This document shows positions 50,727-63,199 of a stretch of 64,000 bases of DNA, piece after piece. This DNA comes from Heptranchias perlo (lineage: Eukaryota), in NCBI RefSeq assembly GCF_035084215.1, contig NC_090340.1, forward strand, positions 3,162,001 to 3,226,000, given 5' to 3'. How positions within the stretch are numbered: position 1 is the stretch's first letter; every line of letters starts with the position of its first letter. The notes below the pieces were generated by a model. It did not search any database. It had not been told where the DNA came from and was given only the letters and a program-made list of their open reading frames with translations. The position numbers were made by a program, and so were the translations under genes.

Positions 50727-53700
50727 GGGTACGGTAGCATAGTGGTTATGTTACTGTACGAGTAGTAGTCCAAAGGCCTGGGCGAAAATCTGGAGTCATG
50801 AGTTCAAATCCCGCCACGGCAGCTGGCGAATTTAAATTCAATTAATTAATTTAATTAAATGATTTAAATACAAATCTGGAATTAAAATACTAGTATCAGT
50901 AATGGTGGCCATGAAACGACCGGATTGTCATAAAAACCCATCTGGTTCACTAATGTCCTTGATGGAAGGAAACCTGCCGTCCGAACCCGATTTGGCCGAA
51001 ATGTGACTCCAGACCCACATCAATGTGGTTGATTCTTAATTGCCCTCTGAAATGGCCTAGCAAGCCACTCTAGTTGCAAAATCTCGCTCCAAAAAGTCAG
51101 AATAAGAATAAAACCCGACGAACCACAATGCACCAGACACGACAACAGCAAACCAATCCCAGTCGACCCTGCAAGGTCCTCCTTACCAACATCTGGGGAC
51201 TTGTGCCAAAATTGGGAGAGCTGTCCCACAGACGAGTCAAGCAACAGCCTGACATAGCCATACTCACAGAATCATACCTTTCAGCCAACGTCCCAGACTC
51301 TTCCATCACCATCCCTGGGTATGTCCTGTCCCACCGGCAGGACAGACCCACCCCAGGTGGCGGTACAGTGATTTTCAGTCAGGAGGGAGTGGCCCTGGGA
51401 GTCCTCAACATTGACTGGACCCCATAAAATCTCATGGCATCAGGTCAAACATGGGCAAGGAAACCACCTGCTGATTACCACCTACCGTCCTCCCTCAGCT
51501 GATGAATCAGTCCTCCTCCATGTTGAGCATCACTTGGAGGGTAGCAAGGGCACAAAACGTACTCTGGGTGGGGGACGTCAACGTCCATCACCAAAAGTGG
51601 CTAGGTAGCACCACCACTGACCGAGCTGGCCGAGTCCTGAAGGACATAGCTGCCAGACTGGGCGTGCGGCAGGTGGTGAGCGAACCAACACGAGGGCCAA
51701 AACTTACTTGACCTCGTCCTCACCAAGCAACTTGTCGCAAATGCATCTGTCAATGACAGTATTGGTAGGAGTGACCACCGTACAGTCCTCGTGGAGATGA
51801 AGTCCCGTCTTCGCACTGAGGACACCATCCAACGTGTTGTGTGGCACTACCACCGTGCTAAATGGGATAGATTCAGAACAGATCTAGCAACTCAAAACTG
51901 GGCATCCATGAGGCGCAGTGGGCCATCAGCAGCAGCAGAATTGTGTTCCAGCACAATCTGTAACCTCATGGCCCGGCATATTCCTCACTCTACCATTACC
52001 AACACGCCAGGAGATCAAACCTGGTTCAATGAGGAATGTAGAAGAGCATGCCAGGAGCAGCACCAGGCGTAACTAAAAATGAGGTGCGAACCTGTGAAGC
52101 TACAACTCAGGACTACATGCGTGCTAAACAGCAGAAGCAACATGCTATAGACAGAGCTAAACGATTCCACAACCAAAGGATCAGATCAAAGCTCTGCAGT
52201 CCTGCCACATCCAGTCGTGAATGGTGGTGGACAATTAAACAACTAACGGGAGGAGGAGGCTCTGCAAACATCCCCATCCTCAATGATGGCGGAGTACAGC
52301 ACGTGAGTGCAAAAGACAAGGCTGAAGCGTTTGCAACCATCTTCAGCCATAAGTGCCGAGTGGATGATCCATCTCGGCCTCCTCCCGATATCCCCACCAT
52401 CACAAAAGCAAGTCTTCGGCCAATTCGATTCACTCCACGTGACATCAGGAAACGGCTGTGCGCACTGGATACAGCAAAGGCTATGGGCCCCGACAACATC
52501 CCAGTTGTAGTGCTGAAGACTTGTGCTCCAGAACTAGCTGCGCCTCTAGCCAAGCTGTTCCAGTACAGCAGCAACACTGGCATCTACCCGACAATGTGGA
52601 AAATTGCCCAGGTATGTCCTGTTCACAAAAAGCAGGACAAATCAAATCCAGCCAATTACCATACCATCAATCCACTCTCAATCATCAGCAAATTGTCAAC
52701 AATTTTACAACACCAAGTTATAGTCCGACAATTTTCTTTTAAAATCACAAGCTTTCGGAGGCTTCCTCCTTCCTCAGCTGAATGTTCCTCAGGAAGGAGG
52801 AAGCCTCCGAAAGCTTGTGAATTTCAAACAAAATTGTTGGACTATAACTTGGTGTTGTAAAATTGTTTACAATTGTCAACCCCAGTCCATCACCGGCATC
52901 TCCACATTATGGCAATCATCAGCAAAGTGATGGAAGGTGTCGTCGACAGTGCTATGAAGCGGCACATACTCACCAATAACCTGCTCACCGATTCTCAGTT
53001 TAGGTTGCGCCAGGACCACTCGGCTCCAGGCCTCATTACAGCCTTGGTGCAAACATGGACAAAAGTGCTGAATTCCAGAGGTGAAGTGAGAGTGACTGCC
53101 CTTGACATCAAGGCAGCATTTGACCGAGTGTGGCACCAAGGAGCCCTCGTAAAATTGAAGTCAATGCGAATCAGGGGGAAAACTCTCCAGTGGCTGGAGG
53201 CATACCAAGCACAAAGGAAGATGGTACTGGTTGTTGGAGGCCAATCATCTCAGCCTCAGGACATTGGTGCAGGAGTTCGTCAAGGCAGTGTCCTAGGCCC
53301 AACCATCTTCAGCTGCTTCATCAATGAACTTCCCTCCATCATAAGGTCAGAAATGGGGATGTTCGCTGATGATTGCACATTGTTCAGTTCCATTCGCAAC
53401 CCCTGAAATAATGAAGGACTCCGAGCCCGAATGAAGCAAGACCTGGACAACATCCAGGCTTGGGCTCATAAGTGGCAAGTAACATTCGCGCCAGACAAGC
53501 GCCAGGCAATGACCATCTCCAAAAAGAGAGAGTCTAACCAGCTCCCCTTGAAATTCAACGGCATTACCATCGCCGAATCCCCCAGGTTGGGGTTCACCAT
53601 TGACTAGAAACTTAAGTAGACCAGCCATATAAATAATGTGGCTACGAGAGCAGGTCAGAGGCTGGGTTTTCTGCGGCGAGTGACTCACCTCCTGACTCCC

Positions 53701-54257
53701 CAAAGCCTTTCCACCATCTACAAGGCACAATTCAGGAGTGTGATGGAATACTCTCCACTTGCTTGGATGAGTGCAGCTCCAACAACACTCAAGAAGCTCG
53801 ACACCATCCAAGATAAAGAGTCCCGCTTCATTGGCACCCCATCCACTAATCTAACCGTTGAATTCCTTCACCACCGGCGCACTGTGGCTGCAGTGTGTAC
53901 CATCCACAGGATGCACTGCAGCAACTCGCCAAGGCTTGTTCGACAGCACCTCCCAAACCCGCGACCTCTACCACCTAGAAGGACAAGAGCAGCAGGCACA
54001 TGGGAACAACACCACCTGCACGTTCTCCTCCAAGTCACACACTATCCCGACTTGGAAATATATCGCCGTTCCTTCATCGTCGCTGGGTCAAAATCCTGGA
54101 ACTCCCTTCCCAACAGCACTGTGGGAGAACCGTCACCACACGGACTGCAGCGGTTCAAGAAGGCGGCTCACCACCACGTTCCAAAGGGCAATTAAGAATG
54201 GGCAATAAATGCCGGCATCGCCAGCGACGCCCACATCCCATGAACCATTTAAAAAAA
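50727..54257 (+). mobile_element. Near full-length single-ORF CR1-clade LINE (APE + RT) with tRNA-like 5' head; frameshifted
   Basis: A box tagcatagtgg 50735-50745 and B box gttcaaatcc 50802-50811; APE motifs TNIWGL, ILTES, GDVN and SDH; RT motifs DIKAAFDRVWH, QGSVLGP and FADD; A-rich tail; absent from copy A. Confidence 0.9.
52693..52912. mobile_element. Penelope-like mini-element forming an inverted repeat with minimal hammerhead-ribozyme cores; 14-bp TSD
   Basis: Arms 52691-52777 and 52788-52874 are near-perfect reverse complements; TSD caatcatcagcaaa at 52679-52692 and 52913-52926; CTGAGGA-stem-GAAA core on the minus strand. Confidence 0.78.
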
Positions 54258-57200
54258 CAATTTCATTAGGTTCCTTGGACATGACCTCAGTTTTACAAAT
54301 CCACGTTGGCTCGCTCTAATGAGCTCAAATTTCTCTATGTGCTAATACACTCTATCGTTAATTATCTATTCCAATACTTTCCCCACAACAGATGTTGGAC
54401 CAATCGGTCTATACATTCCTGTTTTTTCTCTCTCTCACCTTTCTTAAATAACGGAGTTACATTTGCAATTCTCCAATTTAAAGGGAGAATTCCTGAATGG
54501 ACAGAGCTTTGGAAGATTATGGCTAAGCATTTGTAATTTCCGCAAGTGCTTCCTTTAAACCCAGGCGTGGAAACGATCAAGTGCCATAGATTCGTCAGTC
54601 TTTGGTGGCATTACTTCTTCTAATTCTGTTTTCTTGTTCACGGTAATTTTAGTGAGTTCTGGTCCTTAATTCGTTATTAGATTGCCTGGAATATCAAGTA
54701 TATTTTTCTCTTTCTCTATTGTGAAGGCTGATGCAAAGTAATTGTTCAACAAGCCAGCCATTTCCTTATTTTCATTTTCAATATTACACGCATCTGTTTT
54801 TAAAATACCCACAGCATCCTTGACTGCTCGTTTTCTTCTAAAATAATTGGAAAATCGTTTTGTATTAATCTTGCCATCCTTCACAACTTCCTTTTTCTAT
54901 TCCCTTTTACAAATATTTCTATCTTTTTTGTCTTACTTTGCTGTTCTTTATATATCTCACAGTCCCTTGGATCTACACTATTATTTTCACTTTTGTATGC
55001 ACTTTCCTTTAGCTTTATGTTATCTCTCATTTCTTTTATCGACAATAGCTGTTTTATGTGTTCATTAGTGCCCTTGCCCCTTCGGGATATACGTTAGGCC
55101 TGTGTTAAGCTTTTTTTTTTTTTGAACACCTCCCACTGTTCATCTGTAGGTTCACCCGATAACAGCTTTGGACAGTTTGCTGTCGAAGTCTCTAATTCAT
55201 CCCGTTAACGTTGACCTTACCAATATCTAGAGCCTTAGTAACTTTGTTAATGTTCTCCGTTTCAAACCTAATATTGAATTCGATCATAATAGATCACTGT
55301 TAGATAATTAACGATGTCTGGCTCAATACTCATTATTAAATCTAGTACGACCTGCCCTTTTGTTGGTCGTAGAATATATTGCTCCAGAAAACAATATTGA
55401 ATGCACTCAAGAAATGTATTACCTTTCTGACTCCGCTCTTCCCAATTTAATTGAAAATTCAAGCCTCTGTAGTCTTTGAATTCATACATTCTGACACTCC
55501 ATTGCTGCTATCAGGAGGGCTGTAGATTACGCCCATTACAATTTAAAGTCCTCTCTTATTTCTCGAATCAACCCATGGAATCTCTGCTGATCACTTTACG
55601 TGACCTATATCCTCTCTTACTAATGTTGTAATGCTATATATAATCCTAATTATGATAACTTACAGCTATGTCTCAGTAATGGACACCATGACAAGCCCTT
55701 AAAGCTGCATTTCAGCCTCTAATTCACCCAATTTATTCATCATGCTCTGTGCACTAGTATATAAAACTCTTATTTGGCAGGAGATCCTAACCGGTCCTTC
55801 TGCCCTGATGCTGTCTTTCTCACGCTGCTTAACTTAACACGTTTCTTATTTGTCAATCCTGCTGGGGTTACTTTAGTTATTTTTGAATTCCCTTCAACGG
55901 GAGTGTCACTGTTTGTGACCTGAACTCTGCTCTCATCCCATTCTTTAATGTTTAAACTATATCTTTTACGATTGTTTTGCCACCACCACCCGCCATACAC
56001 AAAATTTACCATCCTATTTATCCTTTCCGCGAGCATTGTTAGTCAACTGTTAATCGTTTATCTGTTCAATGACTTCAGCGATTCATATCTGGATCTTGAT
56101 TTAAAAATTTGACCATGATTTTCTGAAGAGTTGCCCCGGTCTGCTGCCCGAACTTTAGTGGGACATCGGCGGAACCATTTGAGCAAAGCGGACGAAAAGG
56201 TTTGATATGGGCTGTCCATGAGCTTGTCTCCGGATTCCGCGGATTTCCCACCAAATTTACAGGGATAGCTAGGCACAAAGGCAGATATTATTCATGGCTT
56301 TTAATTTTTTCAGCTGCAATTCTTTTTGTGCAGCAACTGAAATAGCTAACCTGCAAAATAAGCGATTACACAAAATTGAAAAGACAATATATAATATATT
56401 TATCAGTAGCATGTATCCATTTAATTGTCGTCTCCATCTTAGATTTCCTTTCATAAGATATTTCTTGAATGCCTCAGTCGCTCCCAGAAGTCTCGATTTG
56501 GCCATGATATTTTGCCCAGCGCTGTCGCAATATGAGCTGAAATTAGGATATGTAGCGTGTGCCGTGTATCAGTGGCTTTTAGTCAGCTGTTGATTTATCC
56601 ACGAAAAAGCGAAATGTGAGAATATTTATTCAAAAAAAGTTTATATTCAGTGTTTCAGAAAATGCAGGCCTGTTTTGTGCGTGTGTTAGTGAGAGCAAGA
56701 GAGAGACAGCTGAGTTTACAAAAAATAGCATTATGTGTCATACCACTATTATTTTTTGTACTGTGTTCTATAAATTACAGAAAGTTTATTAAGCTGAGGA
56801 ACAGAGGGCGAGAGAAACTTCTGTCTTAAATTGCGTAAGGAAAGGCACAACAGGCAGCGATTGAGAGAGGGGAGGGACAGAAGAGAGAGTTAAAGCCTTT
56901 GTTCAGGTTAATATTTTCACACAAAAAATGCATTTTGTGGCATATAATGGCTTTATCTGTATCTTACTTTTTCTTGACAGTTACTACGGTTACATTGTAA
57001 TTTGTTACAGCTGTGAGACAGACATTCTAATTATTAACACAAAAGAATTTGCGTCAGGGGAACACTTTTCATTTTTATCGCGAGGCGACAAATGGATCAT
57101 AGCAAATGGGCAGAAAATCGGGCTTGGTGCAAGACGGGTTGCCAATTCCCTTTTACCCATTTTTCGTCAAGAAATAAAAGTTAAAATTACCCCCAGTGAG

Positions 57201-58161
57201 TGGGAGAGATAGAAGAGATGTAGACAACCAGTGGCTTTACCTCTTTCGAAATTAATTGCATTCAAAATGTAAGCGATATTTTCAAATCAAGCACCGTCTG
57301 TAATATGAAGATTGGGCAATATTCCATAGAATTACATAACATTTACAGCACAGAAACAGGCCATTCGGTCCAACTGGCCTATGCCGTTTTTAATGCTCCA
57401 GACAAGCCTCTTCCCACGTTAATTCATCGAACCCTATCTGCATATCTTTCGATTCATACCTCCCCTATGTGCGTATCTTGCTTCACCTTCGAGGCATCTA
57501 TGCTGTTTGCCTCAGGAACTCCATATGGTAGCAAGTTCCACATTGTAAAAACTCTCTGGGTAAAGAAGTTTCTACTAAGTAGTAGGAGGGAGTAACCGGC
57601 AAAGGGTAAGGTTGCCTTAGACCTGTCAGCATGGGAGTGGGACGAATTGGATAAGTCTTTTAAATTGGCTTCCACTGTTAGAGCATGAATGCAGACAAGG
57701 AAGCAGAGGCAGATTGAGGAGGGAAGCAACACGAACTTAGGGACAGAGAGCATCAGGGGCAAAAGAATAAGGCAGAAGTAGAAGAGGGGAGACGGCGGCA
57801 GAAACATTATTACCAAGACAACTGAGATAGTTAAGGTAGAGACCATGGATTTGAAATTTTATGGGGTATCACTGATCTGGCGTCATAATTTGTATGCGAG
57901 ACAAGCGAAACCTCAAAGGAACCATGTAGACAGCTAAAAATCGCCGTTTAAACTACTTATATGGTGTTGCTGCCAATTTCCCACCGAAACTATAAGGGGA
58001 GACCAACGACAGCCGCACAGTTTTCGGGCCTCCGCTATTTACCTGGGTGATCCACTGTTGCTTTGGTAACGTTATGGCAAGACCCTGGGGCAAACCTGCA
58101 GAAAATATCAGAACTTATATCTTAAGCCTATATTCGATAAATTCAGTTTCTCTCATTTCAG

Positions 58162-58232
58162 AATGTGATGATTCACAGTCCCAGACTTGGCACGATAATG
58201 CAACCCTTGTTCATGATCAGTTAGAATTTTAA
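58162..58232 (+). other. Candidate alternative 3' exon (secretory-type tail) of gene 2: ECDDSQSQTWHDNATLVHDQLEF*
   Basis: tttctctcatttcAG acceptor, phase 1, conserved with 4899-4969. Confidence 0.3.
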
Positions 58233-58256
58233 GTGGGATTTCTGTTTATTTTGCAG

Positions 58257-58370
58257 ATACCGATCGTGGCGTTCCACTCGTGATAATATGTATCTGTATC
58301 GGGGTTGGACCATTAATTCTACTATTGGTGATCATCATAGTGAAACTACTTAAATTACATAGAATCAAAG
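58257..58370 (+). CDS. IgSF receptor gene 2, transmembrane exon (DTDRGVPLVIICICIGVGPLILLLVIIIVKLLKLHRIK)
   Basis: ttttgcAG acceptor, aag|GTAAGC donor, 114 nt, phase 1-1, in frame with the C1 exon; uncharged hydrophobic helix. Confidence 0.88.
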
Positions 58371-58429
58371 GTAAGCATGTTCGTTTTATCTAGTATCCCG
58401 TGATTGTTTTACGTTTCAAAATATTACAG

Positions 58430-60185
58430 AATCATAGCATCATAGAATGATACAGCAAAGAAGGAGGCCATTTAGCTCACCGTACGAGTCCGGGCTCATT
58501 GAAAGTGTTGTGCAATTAGTTCCATTCCCCATAGCAATGTTCTTTTCCCCTCTTTAAGCATATATCCAATTCCATTTTAAATGTAATTATTGAACCTGTT
58601 TCCACAACCCTTTCAGGCAGTGCATTACTGATCATAAAAATTCGCCGCAAAAAAAATCCCCTCATCCCGCCTCTCCTTTTGCAAATTACATAAGAACAAA
58701 ACACATTAGAGCAGGAGAAGGCCATGCGGCCCCTCGAGCATGCTCTGTCATTCAATAAGATCATAGCTGACCTTCCACCTCAAATCTTGTTTCCCTCCCT
58801 ATCCCCTATCGCTTCCATTCCCTTACTGTCCAAATATCCATCTATATCAGTCTCAAATATAATCAACGACCAAGCATCCACAGCCCTCTGCGGTCGAGAA
58901 TTCCAAAGATTCACAACCCTCTGAGTCAAGATTTTTTTCCTCATCTCAGTCCTAAATGGCCGACCCATAATCTTGAATCTATGCCGCTAGTTCTAAACTG
59001 TACATCCAGGGGAAACAGCCTCTCAGCACCTACCCTGTCAAGCAGTCTAAGAATTTTATACGTTTCAATGAGATCACCTCTCATTGTTCTAAAACCCAGA
59101 GAATATAGGCCCATGCTACTCAATCTCTCCTGATAGGACAACCCTCCCATCCCACGAATCAATCTAGTGAACCTCCGTTGCACCCTCTCGAAGCCAAGTA
59201 TATCGTTCCTTACGTAAGGTGACCAAAACTGTACATAGTACAGCAGATGTGGTCTCACCAGTGCCCTATACAATTGCAGCAGGACTTCTTTACTGTTATA
59301 TTCCAGCCTCCTTGCAAAAAAGGCTAATATACCATTTGCATCCTAATTGCTTGCTGTACCTCCATTTTTTAATTTCTGTGATTCGTTTACAAGACACCCA
59401 AATCCTCATGATTATCAATATTTATTACCCCATCACCTTTTTAAAAATATTCTGTTATTCTATTCTATCCTATCAAAGTTGATAATTTCACATTTCCCCA
59501 CTTTAGACTACATCTGCCACCTTCTCGCCCACTCACCAAACCTGTCTTTATCCCTTTGCAGTCTCCATGCATCCTCCTCACAGCTTACTTTCCCACGTAA
59601 TTTTGTATCATCATCAAACGTAGATACATAACACTCGGTCACTTCATCTAAGGCATTGATATAGATTGTAAACAACTGAGGCCCAAGCACTGATCCTTGC
59701 GGCATTCCACAAGTTACAATTTGCCAACCCGAAAATGATCCGTTTATTCCTTCTCTCTGTTTTCTGTCCATTAAACAATCCTCAAAACATGCTAATGTAT
59801 TACCGACAATCCCATGAGCCATAATTATGTGTAACAATCTCTTGTATGGCACCTTATCGAATGACTATTGATAATCCAAATATGCAATCTCCATTGCTTC
59901 CCCTTATCGGCCCTGGTATTTACACCTTCAAAAAACTAAAATAGATATATCAATTGCCTTTAATCTGTATGCCCAGGCTACCGATCCTTCTTCCACTGGA
60001 AACAGTTTCTCCTGATTTACTCCATCAAAACACTTCATGACTTCGAACACTTCGAATATATCTCCTCAATCTTCGCTGCTCTAAAGAGAACAAGACCAGC
60101 TTATCCAGTCTCCCAACGTAACTGAAGTCCCAAATCCCTGTCCATTCTCGCACATCTCTGCGCATCCTCTTTTAGGCCATGACAT
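58430..60185 (-). mobile_element. Nested CR1 3' fragments (paralogous to 5180-6918)
   Basis: ORFs 58941-59273 and 59508-59852 (GMPQGSVLGPQLFTIYINALD..FDDDTKL). Confidence 0.88.
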
Positions 60186-62539
60186 TTATTTTATTCGTTC
60201 ATGGGATGTGCGTCGCTGGAGAGGCCAGCATATATTGCGCATCCCCAATTGCCCTTGAGAAGGTGGTGGTCAGTCGCCTTCCTGAACCTCTGCAGTCCGT
60301 CTGGTGAAGGTTCTCCCACAGTGCTGTTAGGAAGGGAGTTCCAGGATTTTGACCCAGCGACGATGAAGGAACGGTGATATATTTCCAAGTCGGGACGGTG
60401 TGTGACTTGGAGGAGAACTTGCAGGTGGTGTTGTTCCCATGTGCCTGCTGCTCTTGTCCTTCTAGGTGGAAGAGGTCGCGGGTTAGGGAGGTGCTGTCGA
60501 AGAAGCCTTGGCCAGTTGCTGCAGTGCATCCTGTGGATGGTACACACTGCAGCAACAGTGCGCCGCTGGTGAAGGGAGTGAATGTTTCGGGTGGTGGATG
60601 GGGTGCCAATCAAGCGTGCTGCTTTGTCCTGCATGGTGTTGAGCTTCTTGAGTGTTGTTGGAGCTGCACTCATCCAGGCAAATGGAGAGTATTCCAACAC
60701 ACACGTGACTTGTGCTTTGTAGATGGTGGAAAGGATTTGGGGAGTCAGGAGGTGAGTCACTCGCCGCAGAGTACAAACCTCTGACCTGCTCGAAGAGCCA
60801 CAGTATTTATACGGCTGGTCCAGTTAAGTTTCTGGTAAATGGTGACCCCTAGGATGTTGATCGTTGGGGATTCGGCGATGGTAATGCCGTTGAATTTCAA
60901 GGGGAGCTGCTTAGACTCTCCCTTGTTGGAGATGGTTATTGCCTGGCACTTGTCTGGCGCGAATGTTACTTGCCACTTATCAGCCCAAGCCTGAATGTCG
61001 TTCAGGTCTTGCTGCAGGAGGGATCGGACTGCTTCATTATTTGAGGGATTGCGAATGCAACTGAACACTCTGCAATCATCAGCGAACATCCCCATTTCTG
61101 ACCTTATGATGGAGGGAAGGTCATTGATGAAGTAGCTGAAGATGGTTGGACCAAGGACACTGCCCTGAGGCAATCCTGCAGCAATGTCCTGGGGCTGAGA
61201 TGATTGGCCTCCAACAACAACGACCATCTTCCTTTGTGCTAGGTATAAATCCAGCCACTGGAGAGTTTTCCCCCTGATTCCCATTGACTTCAAATTTACG
61301 ACTGCTCCTTGGTGCCACACTCGGTCAAATGCTGCCTTGATGTCAAGGGCAGCCACTCTCACCTCATCTCTGGAATTTATCTCTTTGTCCATGTTTGGAT
61401 CAAGGCTGTAATGAGGTCTGGAGCCGAGTGGTCCTTGCGCAACCCAAACTGAGCATCGGTGAGCAGGTTATTGGTGAGTAAGTGCCGCTTGATAGCACTG
61501 TCGACGACACCATCCATCACTTTGCTGATGATTGAGAGTAGACTAATGGCGTGGTAATTTGCCAGATTGGATTTGTCCTGCTTTTTGTGGACAGGACATA
61601 GCCGGGCAATTTCCACTTTGTCGGGTATATGCCAATGTTCTAGCTGTACTGGAGCATCTTGGCTAGAGGCGCAGCTAGTTCTGCAGTACAAGTCTTCAGC
61701 GCTACAGCCGGGATGTTGTCGGGGGCCATAGCCTTTGCTGTATCCAGTGCACTCAGCCGTTTATTGATATCACGTGGAGTGAATCGAATTGGCTGAAGAC
61801 TGCCTTCTGTGATGGTGGAGATATCGGGAGGAGGGCGAGATGGATCTTCCACTCTGCACTTGTGGCTGAAGTTGGTTGTAAACACTTCAGCCTTGTGTTT
61901 TGCACTCACCTGCTGGACTCCGCCATCATTGAGGATCGGGATGTTTACAGAGCCTCCTCCTCCGGTTAGTTGTTAAATTGTCCACCACCATTCACGACTG
62001 GATGTGGCAGGAATACAGAGCTTTGATCTGATGCGCTGCTTGTGGAATTGCCTAGCTCTGTCTATAGCATGTCGCTTCCGCTGTTTAGCATGCATGTAAT
62101 CATGAGTTGTAGCTTCACAAGCTAGGCACCTCATTTTTAGGTACGCCTGTTCCTGCTCCTGGCATGCTCTTCTACACTCCTCATCGAACCAGGGTTGAAC
62201 CCCTGGCTTGTTGGTAATGGTAGAGTGAGAAATATGCCGGGCTATCAGGTTACAGATTGTGCTGGAATACAATTCTGCTGCTGCTGATGGCCCACAGCAC
62301 ATCATGGATGTCCAGTTTTGAGCTGCTAGATCCGTTCTGAATCTATCCCATTTTGCACGGTGGTAGTGCCACACAACACGTTGGATGGTATCCTCAGTAC
62401 GAAGACGGGAATTCGTCTTCACGAGGACTGTGCGGTGGTCACTCCTACCAATACTGTCATGGACAGATGCATTTGCGACAGGTGGATTGGTGAGGTTGAG
62501 GTCAAATAAGTTTTGCTCGTGTTGGTTCGCTCACCACCT
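60186..62539 (-). mobile_element. 5'-truncated CR1-clade APE-RT LINE (same family as 50727-54257), specific to copy B
   Basis: ORFs 60191-60760, 60757-61392 and 61973-62422; the flanks rejoin to the copy A sequence catgacat/ctttgtaaactctcg at about 6911-6935. Confidence 0.9.
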
Positions 62540-63199
62540 ACTTTGCAAACTCTCGTTCCAAGAATTAGACACAATGAACCAGTTGGGGCCTAACAAGTGA
62601 TTGATAAATGTACAGTACGCGTCTCTTTAAACAGTCAAAGGACACAAATGTTTTTTTTAACAGCATTCAAAACTTGTCCTGCCACAATAATGATTTGTGT
62701 AAGATAGAAACATAGAAAATAGGAGCAGGAGTAGGTCATTCCGCCCTTCGAGCATCCTCCGCCATTCAATATGACCATGGCTGATCCTCTATCTCAATAC
62801 CATATTCCCGCTCTCTCCCCATGCTGCCTGCATCCAGTCTGTCCAGCCCTGTCAGAATTTTATTCGTTTCAATGAGATCCCCTCTCATTCTTCTAAACTC
62901 TAATGAATGCATGCCTAGTCAACTCAATCTCTCCTCATACAACAGTCCTGCCATCCCAGGAATCATTATGGTGAACCTTTGCTGCACTCCCTCTATGGCA
63001 AGTGTATCCTTCCTTAGGTAAGGAGACCAAAGCGGCACACAATACTCCAGGTGTGGTCCCACCAAGGCCCTGTATAACTGCAATAATACATCCTTGCTCC
63101 TGTACTGAAATCCTCTTGCAATGAAGGCCAACATACCATTAACCTTACTATCTGCTTGCTGCACCTGCATGTTTGCTTTGAGTGATTGGTGTAGAAGGG

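Larger units (their letters stand above)
49625..55790 (-). mobile_element. Decayed CR1 LINE (paralogue of 1-2300) split by the 50727-54257 insertion
   Basis: ORFs 50380-50700 (YMDVHKAFDKV..GSVLGPQL), 54666-54884 and 55268-55489; the sequence is contiguous in copy A around 630-650. Confidence 0.85.
50202..63195 (+). repeat. Segmental duplication copy B (paralogous to 1-7805), expanded by two LINE insertions
   Basis: Collinear with copy A apart from insertions 50727-54257 and 60186-62539 and deletions (copy A 4128-4407 and about 7225-7436 are absent). Confidence 0.92.

Noticed and set aside
50727-50820. tRNA gene
   Set aside because: A and B boxes are present but I cannot fold a convincing cloverleaf and there is no T-run terminator; it is the head of a retroelement.
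51074-54195. Active LINE
   Set aside because: Multiple stops and frameshifts, plus a 220-bp insertion in the RT region.
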